From NCBI GenBank assembly GCA_900544195.1, contig UQUJ01000001.1, positions 45,342 to 109,341 of the forward strand: a stretch of 64,000 nt of DNA, given 5' to 3'. The stretch comes from an uncultured Alistipes sp. (lineage in GTDB: Bacteria; Bacteroidota; Bacteroidia; Bacteroidales; UBA932). Position 1 is the first letter of the stretch; the number at the start of each line of letters is the position of its first letter. Below, piece after piece: positions 54,552 through 64,000 of this stretch. The position numbers and the translations under genes were made by a program. The notes under the pieces are model-generated. The model was not told the origin of the DNA and did no database searches. It saw nothing but the letters and a program-made list of their open reading frames with translations.

Positions 54552-57068
54552 ATGAAGTCTTTCAGATTATCACTTCTCGCATCCTTTTCATTAATGGCTG
54601 TCTCGTTTCAGGCAAAGGCAGGGGAATGGATTCGGATCAATCAGGTCGGTTATCTTCCCGATGCCTCCAAAGTGGCGGTTTATGTCAGCAATGACGTGGA
54701 ACCGCATGAAATCCCATCATTCTCCGTCGTGGACGCATCCACCGGAGAAACGGTGTATGCCTCAAGACCGGAGGATGTAAGGAACACAGGTGTGATGGGT
54801 GAACTCAAAACAACTGTAAGACTCGACTTTTCCGCGCTCACGGCGGAAGGCAACTATTTCATTGTGGCTGGCGGATTAAAATCCTCCGTGGTAAGGATCA
54901 GCGCTGGGGCCTATGACGGAGCCGCTGATTTTGTCCTGAACTATATGCGTCAGCAACGTTGTGGCTGGAATCCATTCATGAGGGACAGCTGCCACGTCAA
55001 GGACGGCTACATTCGCTATCATCCTACAAAGGAGGGGCAGTGGATAGACGTGCGCGGGGGATGGCATGACGCTTCGGACTGCCTTCAGTACACGACCACT
55101 TCGGCCAACGCCATCTATCAGATGATGTTTGCCTACCAGAGTAATCCGGAAGCTTTTGGGGACGAGTATCTTGCCGACGGTACTCCGGGCGGGAACGGCA
55201 TCCCTGACATAATTGATGAGATCTACTGGGGCTTGGACTGGCTTGACAGGATGAATCCGGAGCCGGGTGAGTTCTACAACCAGATCGCGGATGACCGCGA
55301 TCATGTAGGAATGCGTGAGCCTGCCAAGGACATCGCGGACTACGGGTGGGGCAAGAACAATGGTCGTCCGGTCTACTTTGTCAGCGGTGAGCCTCAGCAG
55401 AGGTACAATCGCACCAATGCAACCACAGGCATTTCCAGCACAGTGGGGAAGTTCGCGTCAGATTTCGCGCTTGGCTCGAAGATTCTGGCTCCGTTCTATC
55501 CTGAGTTCGCCGCAAGGATCGGGGCTAAGGCTGAGGGAGCCTATCAGCTTGGAATAGATAAGCCGGGAGTTTGCCAGACGGCGTCTGTGGTCTCTCCATA
55601 CATCTATGAGGAGGACAACTGGGTTGATGACATGGAACTTGCCGCGGTGGAAATGTACCATAGCACAGGAGATGCGAAGTATCTCTCGCAGGCCATTGAA
55701 TATGCCAGAAGGGAGCCGGTGACTCCGTGGATGGGAGCGGACAGCGCGAGACACTATCAGTGGTACCCGTTCATGAATATGGGACACTATCACCTTGCCA
55801 AAGATGGCAACGCCAGAGTCTCGGCGGAGTTTATCCGCAACCTCAGATCCGGAATCCAGAGGACATTCGAGAAGGCAGAAGGGACCCCTTTCCTTTATGG
55901 GATACCATCAATCTGGTGTTCCAATAATCTTACGACCGCAATGCTCACCCAGTGCATTCTCTATCGTCATCTTACTGGAGACGAGACCTACAAGGAGATG
56001 GAAGGCGCGCTCAGGGATTGGCTGTTGGGGTGCAACCCTTGGGGAGTCTGCATGATTGTTCAGATGCCCGGGGCTGAGGTCTATCCTACCCAGCCGCACT
56101 CGTTCATCGTCAATCTCAACCTTGGCAACACAAGTGGAGGACTTGTTGACGGACCTGTCTACAGCGCGATATTCTCCGGTTTAAAGGGCGTGAATATGGA
56201 AGGTGGGATCAACTATCTTGATGTCCAGCCCGGCACTATGGTCTACCATGACAGTACCCATGACTATTCAACGAACGAGCCTACTATGGACGGCACGGCG
56301 TCTCTGACATTCCCGTTCTCTGCCTATCAGATGGAGGGAGCCGCACTTAAGGGGGTAAGGAAGGATAAGAACGGTGTGGTCAGCAGAGTCAATGTCAACG
56401 AAAAGAAGGTCTATCTTGTCTTCACGGCGCATTACAGTTCGGATGACAAAGGACATTTTGAGAATTTTGACGGTGTGGTTCCCGTCCTGAACACCCTTAA
56501 GGCCAAAGGTGTGAAGGGCTCTTTCTTCCCGACCGGCGAGTGCTTCAGGCAACCAAGGTACAAGGCTCCGATCAAGAGAATCATCCGGGAAGGGCATTAC
56601 CTTTCAGGCCATTCAGACAAGCATCTGCTTCTGTGTGAGGGTGGGGTCAGTCTTGTGTCCTCTGATTCCCTTGTCCGGGACATCCGCGGTATGGAGGCGG
56701 AGCTTGAGCGTTTCGGACTCAACAAAGACCGGTTCCGCTGGATGATACCTCCTTACGAGACCTGCGACGAGGCTTCCGCCTATGTTCTCAAAGGTTTGGG
56801 CTACAAACTGGTGAAGCCTACCTCAGGACTTGTCACGGGGCTTGACTGGGCCGCAGAGGGGGAGACCGCCTACAGAAGTGCAGGGTCGTTGGTTCAGAAC
56901 ATCTGGGACTTTGATGACAAATATGGTCTCAACGGGGCCGTCATCCTCGTCCATGCGATGAACTATCCTGGCAGGGCAAAGGAAGACCGGGTATATTCCC
57001 ATCTCGGAGAAATCATTGACGGGCTTCGCGCGCGTGGATATTCCTTTGGTACATTCAAAGAACTCTAA
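54552..57068 (+). CDS. Two-domain enzyme: glycoside hydrolase family 9 (with N-terminal Ig-like CelD_N domain) fused to polysaccharide deacetylase (CE4/NodB) domain
   Basis: Signal peptide; Ig-like N-domain; GH9 catalytic block RGGWHDASD (cf. GGWYDAGD); C-terminal 240 aa with NodB-like blocks (VYLVFTAHYSSDDKGHF, SFFPTGECF, GHYLSGHSDKH). Confidence 0.7.
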   Translation: MKSFRLSLLASFSLMAVSFQAKAGEWIRINQVGYLPDASKVAVYVSNDVEPHEIPSFSVVDASTGETVYASRPEDVRNTGVMGELKTTVRLDFSALTAEGNYFIVAGGLKSSVVRISAGAYDGAADFVLNYMRQQRCGWNPFMRDSCHVKDGYIRYHPTKEGQWIDVRGGWHDASDCLQYTTTSANAIYQMMFAYQSNPEAFGDEYLADGTPGGNGIPDIIDEIYWGLDWLDRMNPEPGEFYNQIADDRDHVGMREPAKDIADYGWGKNNGRPVYFVSGEPQQRYNRTNATTGISSTVGKFASDFALGSKILAPFYPEFAARIGAKAEGAYQLGIDKPGVCQTASVVSPYIYEEDNWVDDMELAAVEMYHSTGDAKYLSQAIEYARREPVTPWMGADSARHYQWYPFMNMGHYHLAKDGNARVSAEFIRNLRSGIQRTFEKAEGTPFLYGIPSIWCSNNLTTAMLTQCILYRHLTGDETYKEMEGALRDWLLGCNPWGVCMIVQMPGAEVYPTQPHSFIVNLNLGNTSGGLVDGPVYSAIFSGLKGVNMEGGINYLDVQPGTMVYHDSTHDYSTNEPTMDGTASLTFPFSAYQMEGAALKGVRKDKNGVVSRVNVNEKKVYLVFTAHYSSDDKGHFENFDGVVPVLNTLKAKGVKGSFFPTGECFRQPRYKAPIKRIIREGHYLSGHSDKHLLLCEGGVSLVSSDSLVRDIRGMEAELERFGLNKDRFRWMIPPYETCDEASAYVLKGLGYKLVKPTSGLVTGLDWAAEGETAYRSAGSLVQNIWDFDDKYGLNGAVILVHAMNYPGRAKEDRVYSHLGEIIDGLRARGYSFGTFKEL

Positions 57069-57080
57069 CGTTCAGACATT

Positions 57081-58040
57081 ATGGCGGTAATAGCGATAGA
57101 CCTTGGTGGTACAAAGGCGCTTGGGGCGGTCTTCGATGCTTCGGGCAAGATGTGCGCAAGGCAGGTTGAACTCCTTGACGGAGCGAAGGGTGATGCGGTA
57201 GGAGACATTGTCTTAGACCTCATCAAGGCTCTTTGCGGCTCCTGTCGGGGAGAAAGGGTCGAGGCGGTGGGAATATGTGTGCCAGGGATAGTCTTCTCTA
57301 AGCAGGATGTTGTCTGGGCCCCGAATATTCCCGGTTGGGAAAGATACCCGCTCAAAAAAAGGATCTCCGGTCTGGTCGGCCCTGACGTCAAGGTGGAGAT
57401 TGAGAGCGACAGGACATGCTACATTCTTGGCGAGGTCTGGAAAGGAGCCGCCAAAGGATGCGGCAATGCCATCTACATCGCTGTCGGGACTGGTATCGGG
57501 GTCGGTATTCTGGTTGACGGCAGGGTGCTCCATGGCGCAGAGGACATCATCGGAGCCGCAGGCTGGATGGCTCTTCATTACCCTTACCAGCAGGAGTATA
57601 TTCCTACCGGATGTTTTGAATATTATGCCTCAGGCAACGGCATCGCGACCCAGATTCACCGGGCGCTGCGCTGCAACCGCAACTACACCGGGTTGCTGAG
57701 CGGCAGACCTATAGATGAGATCACTTCCCATGACGTGTTTGACGCGTACCATAAAGGCGACCGTCTGGCCGCGAAAGTTCTTGACAAGGCTGTGGAGATG
57801 TGGGGAATGGCCGCCGCTAATCTGGTCAGCATCCTGAATCCTGAGAAAGTGATCTTCGGAGGAGGAGTCTTCGGACCTGCTGAGGAGTTTATCGGGAGGA
57901 TTTACGATGAAGCCTGCAAGTGGGGGCAGCCTATAGCGATGGATCACGTGGAGTTCCGCGTCTCAGAGGTTCAGGGAGAAGCTGCTCTTTATGGTTCGGC
58001 CTATCTGGCTTTCAAGACTATAGGACAACAAGAGAAGTAG
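57081..58040 (+). CDS. ROK-family sugar kinase (glucosamine/GlcNAc/glucose kinase type)
   Basis: N-terminal AIDLGGTK ATP motif, ROK signature region with GIGVGILVDGRVLHG, 319 aa. Confidence 0.8.
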   Translation: MAVIAIDLGGTKALGAVFDASGKMCARQVELLDGAKGDAVGDIVLDLIKALCGSCRGERVEAVGICVPGIVFSKQDVVWAPNIPGWERYPLKKRISGLVGPDVKVEIESDRTCYILGEVWKGAAKGCGNAIYIAVGTGIGVGILVDGRVLHGAEDIIGAAGWMALHYPYQQEYIPTGCFEYYASGNGIATQIHRALRCNRNYTGLLSGRPIDEITSHDVFDAYHKGDRLAAKVLDKAVEMWGMAAANLVSILNPEKVIFGGGVFGPAEEFIGRIYDEACKWGQPIAMDHVEFRVSEVQGEAALYGSAYLAFKTIGQQEK

Positions 58041-58047
58041 GAAGGCC

Positions 58048-59196
58048 ATGCGTGGATATTCAACATCATCAGTTTTCGTCTCGGCTTGCGCCGGGATGGC
58101 GTTTTTCGGGGTGGCGATGCTTTCCCTGGCTCCGATTCTCGGACAGTTGAACGGCATTGTGGACGGAGCCAACGGCTTGCCGTCGACAATGTCTCTTGGA
58201 ATCCTTTTGGGTACAATAGTGTTCGGTCCTGTGGTTGACCGTTTCGGCTACAAATGGCTTCTCGCGCTGAGTTCCGTCCTTGCTCTCGCGGGGCTTCAAG
58301 GCCTTGCGAACTTCAGGGAGATAGGAATGCTTCATCTTTCCATCTTCTGTCTCGGAATAGGCGGAGGCATACTCAACGGCGAGACCAATGCCCTTGTGTC
58401 AGACATCTATGACGATGACAAGAGGGGAGGACGCCTCGGTCTGCTCGGCGCGTTCTACTGCGTCGGAGCATTGCTGTGGACCTTGCTGAACTACTTCATC
58501 GTGGATTTCACAATCACTCTCAACGCAGTGTCGGCGGTGATGGCGGCGTTCATCGTCTTCTTCGTGTTTACCCGTTTCCCTGCCGCCAAGCCATCGGAGA
58601 ACGTGTCGATGAGGAAGACAGCCGGGCTGCTGAGATACCCTGCTCTTATTCTCTTTGCGGTCATCCTTTTCTTTGAGAGCGGTTTTGAGGGAGCGCAGGG
58701 TAATTTCACGGTCTCGTACCTAAGTGACAAAGAAGGGATGAGCATGGCCTCCGCCACTCTTGCCATGACTTGGTTCACCGTCGGGATGTTGGCTGGTCGT
58801 CTGCCTCTTGGCTTCATCCTTGGAAAACTTGGAGCTATCGGAACCCTATATTCCTATCTGTCCGCCGCTCTTGCAGGAGTGATGCTGCTCCTTCTTTGCT
58901 CCGGGAGCGTTTTTGCGGCCTACCTTTCGATGATTCTGATCGGATTTGGAGTCGGCGCGACTTATCCTGTCATTCTCAACTACATCGGAGGAGCCTTCCG
59001 GGAGCTGTCCGGCACGGCGATCTCGATTGCGTTGTTCATTGCGCTGCTGGGGCAGTACACTTTCAACAAATTGACCGGAGCCGCTTTTGACGCCGGGCGC
59101 CAGATGCTCTTGCCTGTTCTTCTTGTCGTTGCGGTTGCATGCATGATGACGCTTGTCCCTTTGGCAGTCAAGGTCTCGTCGCGGATGAAAGGATGA
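58048..59196 (+). CDS. MFS transporter
   Basis: 382 aa, ~12 hydrophobic segments, MFS signature-like GR..D.FG.K. Confidence 0.75.
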   Translation: MRGYSTSSVFVSACAGMAFFGVAMLSLAPILGQLNGIVDGANGLPSTMSLGILLGTIVFGPVVDRFGYKWLLALSSVLALAGLQGLANFREIGMLHLSIFCLGIGGGILNGETNALVSDIYDDDKRGGRLGLLGAFYCVGALLWTLLNYFIVDFTITLNAVSAVMAAFIVFFVFTRFPAAKPSENVSMRKTAGLLRYPALILFAVILFFESGFEGAQGNFTVSYLSDKEGMSMASATLAMTWFTVGMLAGRLPLGFILGKLGAIGTLYSYLSAALAGVMLLLLCSGSVFAAYLSMILIGFGVGATYPVILNYIGGAFRELSGTAISIALFIALLGQYTFNKLTGAAFDAGRQMLLPVLLVVAVACMMTLVPLAVKVSSRMKG

Positions 59197-59250
59197 CACT
59201 TTTATGAATATTCAAACAACTCAATAGTTAAACTTTTTAATCTACAAACA

Positions 59251-60012
59251 ATGTTAGCAAACGAATGGAAACAAAACGCCTTCGATGTCATGAATGAGAT
59301 CGAGGCTACACAGATGGAACAAATCAAGAAAGTTGCCGAGGTGATGGCTGATTGCATCCAGTCAGGTCATCTTGTACACACTTTCGGCTGCGGTCATGCC
59401 AATCTTCCGATCGAGGAGATGTATCCGAGGATCGGTGGCATCGTAGGATTCCATCCTCTTTGCGAGCTCCCTTTGACATTCTTCACCCACATCGTAGGCG
59501 AGATGGGTATCAACCAGTTCCTGTGGCTTGAGAGAGAGGAAGGCTATGGCCAGGCGATAATGCAAAGCTGGAACTTCGACAAGAATGATCTTCTCTGGAT
59601 CTTCTCGCACACCGGAGTGAACGCTGTCAACATTGATGTCGCCAATGAGGCTCACAAGCGTGGCATGAAGGTCATCGTCTGCGGATCGGCAGGCAGGACC
59701 GGTGACAAGAAACCTCGCCACTCAGGCGGAAAGAACCTTTTCCAGATCGCTGATTATGTGGTTGACACATGCTGCCCTCTTCAGGATGCGTCCGTGACTT
59801 TGAAGAATCACTTCGACAAGATCGGACCTCTTTCCACAATGGCTTCCATCACATGTGTCTGGATGATCATCACGACAGTCTGCGAGATTCTTGCGGACCG
59901 TGGAATGAAACTTCACATCAACCCGTCCCACAACATACCGGGCGACACCACCGCAAGGGAGCGTCTTGCCGAGTGTATCGCCGCCTATAAGGAAAGCGTG
60001 AAAGGCTGCTGA
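59251..60012 (+). CDS. SIS-domain protein (single sugar-isomerase domain; putative aminosugar-phosphate deaminase/isomerase)
   Basis: 253 aa; Rossmann-like SIS layout (GHLVHTFGCGHAN ... LLWIFSHTGVN ... KVIVCGS). Confidence 0.6.
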   Translation: MLANEWKQNAFDVMNEIEATQMEQIKKVAEVMADCIQSGHLVHTFGCGHANLPIEEMYPRIGGIVGFHPLCELPLTFFTHIVGEMGINQFLWLEREEGYGQAIMQSWNFDKNDLLWIFSHTGVNAVNIDVANEAHKRGMKVIVCGSAGRTGDKKPRHSGGKNLFQIADYVVDTCCPLQDASVTLKNHFDKIGPLSTMASITCVWMIITTVCEILADRGMKLHINPSHNIPGDTTARERLAECIAAYKESVKGC

Positions 60013-60153
60013 TCAGGTTCGGAAAACACTGAAACTATTATTGAACTCTCCTCTGTCTGTCCTGTCGGAACCCGAGTATTCCGGAAGGCTCCCAGGGACA
60101 GGGATAGGGGAGTTTTATCTTTACCAATTATATTCAACCCAAAAACAGTTGTT

Positions 60154-63100
60154 ATGCTACACACAGAAAAACGCTCGCTCATTCCTTGGACACTCAAGGT
60201 CTGCGCCGCTGTGCTGTCGCTTTTCGGGATGAGTGTCATCCCCATGGGCGCACAGTCTGTTCTGAGCGGTACCGTGGTCACAGCCTCGGACGGACAGCCT
60301 ATTGTAGGAGCTTATGTCCTTGTAAAAGGTACCACTGTAGGAACCACTACGGAAGTTGACGGTACCTTCAGGATTGAAGCATCCTCCGGAACCATTCTGG
60401 AAGTCTCTCAGATGGGCTATGTCACACGTCAGGTGAAAGCTTCGGATGGGATCAGGATCGCTCTTGATGAAGACCAGCTTTGGCTGGATGACGTTGTTGT
60501 CGTCGGCTATGGCGTACAGAAAAAGAAGCTTGTCACAGGCTCCACCGTGCAGGTAAAGGGCGATGACATCGCCAAACTCAACACCGTGGATGTCCTTGGA
60601 GCGTTGCAGTCACAGTCTCCGGGAGTCAACATCGTCCAGAACAATGGCTTCCTTGGATCCGGCTTCAAGGTCAACATCCGTGGTCTTGGCACAATCGGTG
60701 ATTCCGCGCCTCTTTATGTCGTTGATGGAGTTGCCAACGGCAGCATCTCCGCGCTCAATCCGTCCGACATTGAATCTGTTGATGTGCTGAAAGACGCCGC
60801 ATCAGCCGCGATCTACGGAGCAAGGGCGGCAAACGGTGTCATCCTCATCACCACCAAGAAAGGAAAAGAGGGACAGGCTTCTGTCACCTATGATGGATAC
60901 TACGGTCTCCAGAATCTTTATAAGATTCCTACTCTGTTGAACGCCAAAGAGTTCATGCAGATTCAGGATGAATCCAGAATCATGGACGGTCTTGCTCCTT
61001 ACAATTGGGAGAACCACATCGGTCCACGTCTCTATAAGGCCATAAAGGATGGCTGGACAGGTACCAACTGGCTCAAGGAGATCATCAATGAGGACGCTCC
61101 TGTCCAGAATCATTCGGTTAATGTCACTGGCGGGTCGAAGACGGGTACATATTCATTAGGACTTGCCTACACGGGGCAGGACGCCACGATGGGCGTGCCT
61201 TCATCCATTCCTCACCTTGACCGCTATAACTTCAGGGTGAACTCTGAGAACACAGTCTTCAAAAAAGGTTCTTTGGATGTGTTGAAGGTCGGCCAGACCC
61301 TTAACTACCGCTACCAGAAAACCACAGGATCCTTCGCTACGGAGGGCATATACTGGAACGGAGTCCACAACATGCTTGTGATGAGTCCGCTTATGCCGGC
61401 CTATAACTCTGACGGAAGCTACTATGTCTTTGAAGACAGGGTGGCAGACAGCTACGTCTGGGACACCGCCAACGGTGCGGCGAAGAACCCGATCGCCTAC
61501 ATGGACTATACCTCCAACCAGAATGTGTCCAAGAGTCATTATCTTCAGGCCAGTGTCTATGCGGTTCTCCAGCCGATAGAAAGGCTCAACATCAAGAGTC
61601 AGTTCGGTTACATGATGAGCGCTTCAAGCTACCGCTCCTACATGCCGGAATATGACCTTGACGCCACTGCCAAGAGGGAGATGGATCAGGTCTCACAAAG
61701 CATGTCTCTGTCTAACCGCTGGTCTTGGGAAAACACGGCCAGTTACTCATTCAATATCAATGAGCATCAGATTGACGCCCTTGTGGGAAGCTCTCTGGAG
61801 AAGTGGGGCTACGGTGAGTCTCTCAGCGCAAGCAATGTGGATTCCAATTTCGGAGACCTTGAGCATGCTTATCTTTCAAATGTGTCCACTACACCTTCAT
61901 CAATGTCGAGCATCAGCGGATCACCTTCCCAGAAGAACTCCATAGCATCCTTCTTCGCCCGCGCGAACTGGAACTGGAAGGAAAAGTACATGGCTTCGGC
62001 CACGATGCGCGTTGATGGATCATCCGTTTTCGCAAGAGGCTATCGTTGGGGCTATTTCCCTTCAGCATCAGCTGGTTGGGTCATCACCAACGAAGACTTC
62101 TTCAAGGGGCTTGGACTTGACAGTGTGCTGGACTTCCTCAAGCTTCGCACGTCTTGGGGACAGAATGGAAACTGCAATGTGACCGGTTTCCAATACCTTT
62201 CGCTTGTGACCTCGAACAACGGTTACGGTGGCTATGTCTTCGGTGATGTCATCGACAAGCGCGAAATAGGCTCCTATGCCTATAAACTGACCAACTCCGA
62301 ACTGAAATGGGAAACATCAGAGCAAACCAACATCGGTTTCGATGCAAGACTGTTCGGGAATCGTCTCGGAGTGGAGTTTGACTGGTACAACAAACTTACA
62401 AAAGACTGGCTTGTGGTGGCTCCTGTGCTTTACTCCTATGGTGCCAACGCTCCATACGTCAATGGTGGAAATGTCAAGAACCAAGGTTTGGAATTCGGTC
62501 TGCACTGGAATGATAGCGTCGGAGAAGTGTTCTATGGCGTAAATCTGACCGGAGCGCACAATAAGAATAAAGTCACCAAGATCGCCAATGCCGATGGGAT
62601 CATCCACGGAACGGGAAGTATTCCATGGGAAGGAGCCGAGGAACTCTATAGGGCAGAGGTAGGCATGCCTATCGGTTACTTCTACGGCTACAAGACTGCG
62701 GGAGTGTTCCAGAATCAGGCTGAGATTGATGCTTACAAGGGAGCTCTCCTGAACGGTGAAAACACAAACCCTGGCGATGTCATCTATGTTGATTCCAACA
62801 ATGACGGAGTCATTGATGCAAATGACCGTACCATGATCGGAAACCCGCATCCGGACTTCACCCTTGGGCTTTCCTTCAATATTGAGTGGAAAGGAATAGA
62901 TCTCTCAATCTCTGGTTTCGGATCGTTCGGACAGCAGATCTTCAAGTGCTACAGGGACTTCTCCTCATCACCTCTGAACAACTACACGACCGACATCCTG
63001 AAGAGATGGACGGGAGAGGGTTCTTCCAACAAGTATCCTCGCCTTGCCAGCTCTTCAAACAGCAACTGGAACAGGATCTCTTCTCTTTACATAGAAGATG

Positions 63101-63342
63101 GAGACTATTTCAAGGTGCAGAACATAACCCTCGGCTACGACATTGCCAAGGCGTTCAAGAAGTTCCCTCTCAAGACTTGCCGTGTCTATGTGACAGGACA
63201 GAATCTCTTTACATTCACTTCGTACTCCGGAATGGATCCGGAGATCGGCTACGGTGGTGGCAGCGGCTGGGCGCAAGGCATTGACTTGGGCTACTATCCA
63301 AGTGCCCGCACCATCCTTTTCGGAGTCAACCTCAAATTTTAG
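60154..63342 (+). CDS. susC: SusC/RagA-family TonB-dependent transporter
   Basis: 1062 aa; signal peptide; CarbopepD_reg N-domain (GTVVTASDGQPIVGAYVLVKGTTVGTTTEVDGTF); plug block (LYVVDGV, AIYGARAANGVILITTK); barrel ending NLKF. Confidence 0.92.
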   Translation: MLHTEKRSLIPWTLKVCAAVLSLFGMSVIPMGAQSVLSGTVVTASDGQPIVGAYVLVKGTTVGTTTEVDGTFRIEASSGTILEVSQMGYVTRQVKASDGIRIALDEDQLWLDDVVVVGYGVQKKKLVTGSTVQVKGDDIAKLNTVDVLGALQSQSPGVNIVQNNGFLGSGFKVNIRGLGTIGDSAPLYVVDGVANGSISALNPSDIESVDVLKDAASAAIYGARAANGVILITTKKGKEGQASVTYDGYYGLQNLYKIPTLLNAKEFMQIQDESRIMDGLAPYNWENHIGPRLYKAIKDGWTGTNWLKEIINEDAPVQNHSVNVTGGSKTGTYSLGLAYTGQDATMGVPSSIPHLDRYNFRVNSENTVFKKGSLDVLKVGQTLNYRYQKTTGSFATEGIYWNGVHNMLVMSPLMPAYNSDGSYYVFEDRVADSYVWDTANGAAKNPIAYMDYTSNQNVSKSHYLQASVYAVLQPIERLNIKSQFGYMMSASSYRSYMPEYDLDATAKREMDQVSQSMSLSNRWSWENTASYSFNINEHQIDALVGSSLEKWGYGESLSASNVDSNFGDLEHAYLSNVSTTPSSMSSISGSPSQKNSIASFFARANWNWKEKYMASATMRVDGSSVFARGYRWGYFPSASAGWVITNEDFFKGLGLDSVLDFLKLRTSWGQNGNCNVTGFQYLSLVTSNNGYGGYVFGDVIDKREIGSYAYKLTNSELKWETSEQTNIGFDARLFGNRLGVEFDWYNKLTKDWLVVAPVLYSYGANAPYVNGGNVKNQGLEFGLHWNDSVGEVFYGVNLTGAHNKNKVTKIANADGIIHGTGSIPWEGAEELYRAEVGMPIGYFYGYKTAGVFQNQAEIDAYKGALLNGENTNPGDVIYVDSNNDGVIDANDRTMIGNPHPDFTLGLSFNIEWKGIDLSISGFGSFGQQIFKCYRDFSSSPLNNYTTDILKRWTGEGSSNKYPRLASSSNSNWNRISSLYIEDGDYFKVQNITLGYDIAKAFKKFPLKTCRVYVTGQNLFTFTSYSGMDPEIGYGGGSGWAQGIDLGYYPSARTILFGVNLKF

Positions 63343-63350
63343 AAGGAGAA

Positions 63351-64000
63351 ATGAATATGAAAAAGATCATAATCAATATTGTCCTTGCCGTGACCACGGT
63401 GTTTGCGCTGTCAGCGTGCGAGGACTTTCTCGACACCAAGAATCTTACCCAGAAGACAACCGAGAACTTCCCGGAGACAGAGAAAGACGCGCAGGAGATG
63501 GTCACCGCCATCTATGCCCATCTGCTTTTCGAGAGTCCTGAGACATCCTCTCAGTTCTATGTCGCCCAGCTTGCCGGAGACGATTGCCTTGGCGGGAACC
63601 TCTCGTACTCAGGGAACTGTGCCACGAACTTCCTCTTGTACAAGGACAATCTTAACGGGCTGCTTTCCTTGTGGGATCGCGACTACACTCTCATCAACAG
63701 GGCCAACAGCGCCCTCGCGTCATTCGGGAATGTGAAATCATGGTCATCCGAGGAGGAAATGAACCGCCTTATCGGCGAGACCTATTTCCTTCGCGCGTTT
63801 GCCTACAATGAGCTTGTGCAGATTTTCGGCGGTGTTCCGCTTAGGACCAACACCGAGACTGTCAACCTTCCGAGGGCAAGCGTGGAAGAAGTTTACACCG
63901 TCATCGAGAGCGATCTCCTCCAGGCCATAAGCTTGATGCCGGACAAAATCTACACCGCCGGCTCTCCGATGACCGGTCATGCCACCAAGTATGCGGCAGA
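63351..64000 (+). CDS. susD: SusD/RagB-family lipoprotein, 5' part (runs off the window end)
   Basis: ATG at 63351, 8 bp after the SusC stop. Translation MNMKKIIINIVLAVTTVFALSACEDFLDTKNLTQKTTENFPETEKDAQEMVTAIYAHLL...YFLRAFAYNELVQIFGGVPL is a canonical SusD N-terminus. The gene is open to the window end and is absent from the supplied ORF table. Confidence 0.85.
   Translation, partial: MNMKKIIINIVLAVTTVFALSACEDFLDTKNLTQKTTENFPETEKDAQEMVTAIYAHLLFESPETSSQFYVAQLAGDDCLGGNLSYSGNCATNFLLYKDNLNGLLSLWDRDYTLINRANSALASFGNVKSWSSEEEMNRLIGETYFLRAFAYNELVQIFGGVPLRTNTETVNLPRASVEEVYTVIESDLLQAISLMPDKIYTAGSPMTGHATKYAA

Noticed and set aside
1-64000. tRNA, rRNA and tmRNA genes
   Set aside because: I scanned the intergenic regions for T-loop signatures (GGTTCGAATCC-like) and tmRNA or RNase P conserved blocks and found none. 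Without a covariance-model search this cannot be completely excluded.

Overview
This is a 64-kb stretch of a Bacteroidales-type chromosome with about 55% GC that is rich in SusC/SusD pairs. It carries three complete polysaccharide-utilisation loci (PULs) on the minus strand and the start of a fourth on the plus strand at the window end. The minus-strand loci are SusD+SusC at 2421-7632, a larger locus at 9090-18177 (two surface lipoproteins, SusD, SusC, and a gene whose stop overlaps the SusC start), and SusD+SusC at 18568-23330. Several features point to N-glycan and chitobiose foraging: discoidin/DUF4959-like PUL lipoproteins, a PNGase F homologue (51257-52411), and a GH9-CE4 fusion enzyme operon with a ROK kinase, MFS transporter and SIS protein (54552-60012). 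Between the loci lie housekeeping and central-metabolism genes: purD 3' end, a GDPD-HAD fusion, a dihydroorotate-dehydrogenase-like gene, type III glutamine synthetase, cardiolipin synthase, miaB, rpoN, upp, radC, a split transketolase, a lipoylated 2-oxoacid dehydrogenase cluster (E2, E3, fused E1 alpha-beta), a Zn alcohol dehydrogenase, a GlpT-like MFS transporter, HAD and alpha/beta hydrolases, and lplA. No tRNA, rRNA or CRISPR array was seen. The most unusual content is structural. There are at least five families of miniature dispersed repeats (MITE-like elements, conserved-structure hairpins, a 22-nt motif). A 111-bp inverted repeat brackets the E1 gene. A 1.8-kb non-coding island carries a 212-bp tandem duplication. 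The PNGase F gene sits in a cassette flanked by a direct repeat of the lplA 3' end. A SusD gene remnant with an internal deletion is present. An overlapping three-gene module resembling DUF3791-DUF3990-DUF3791 may be a toxin/partner-like system. All protein calls rest on reading family motifs in the supplied translations; no database searches were run.
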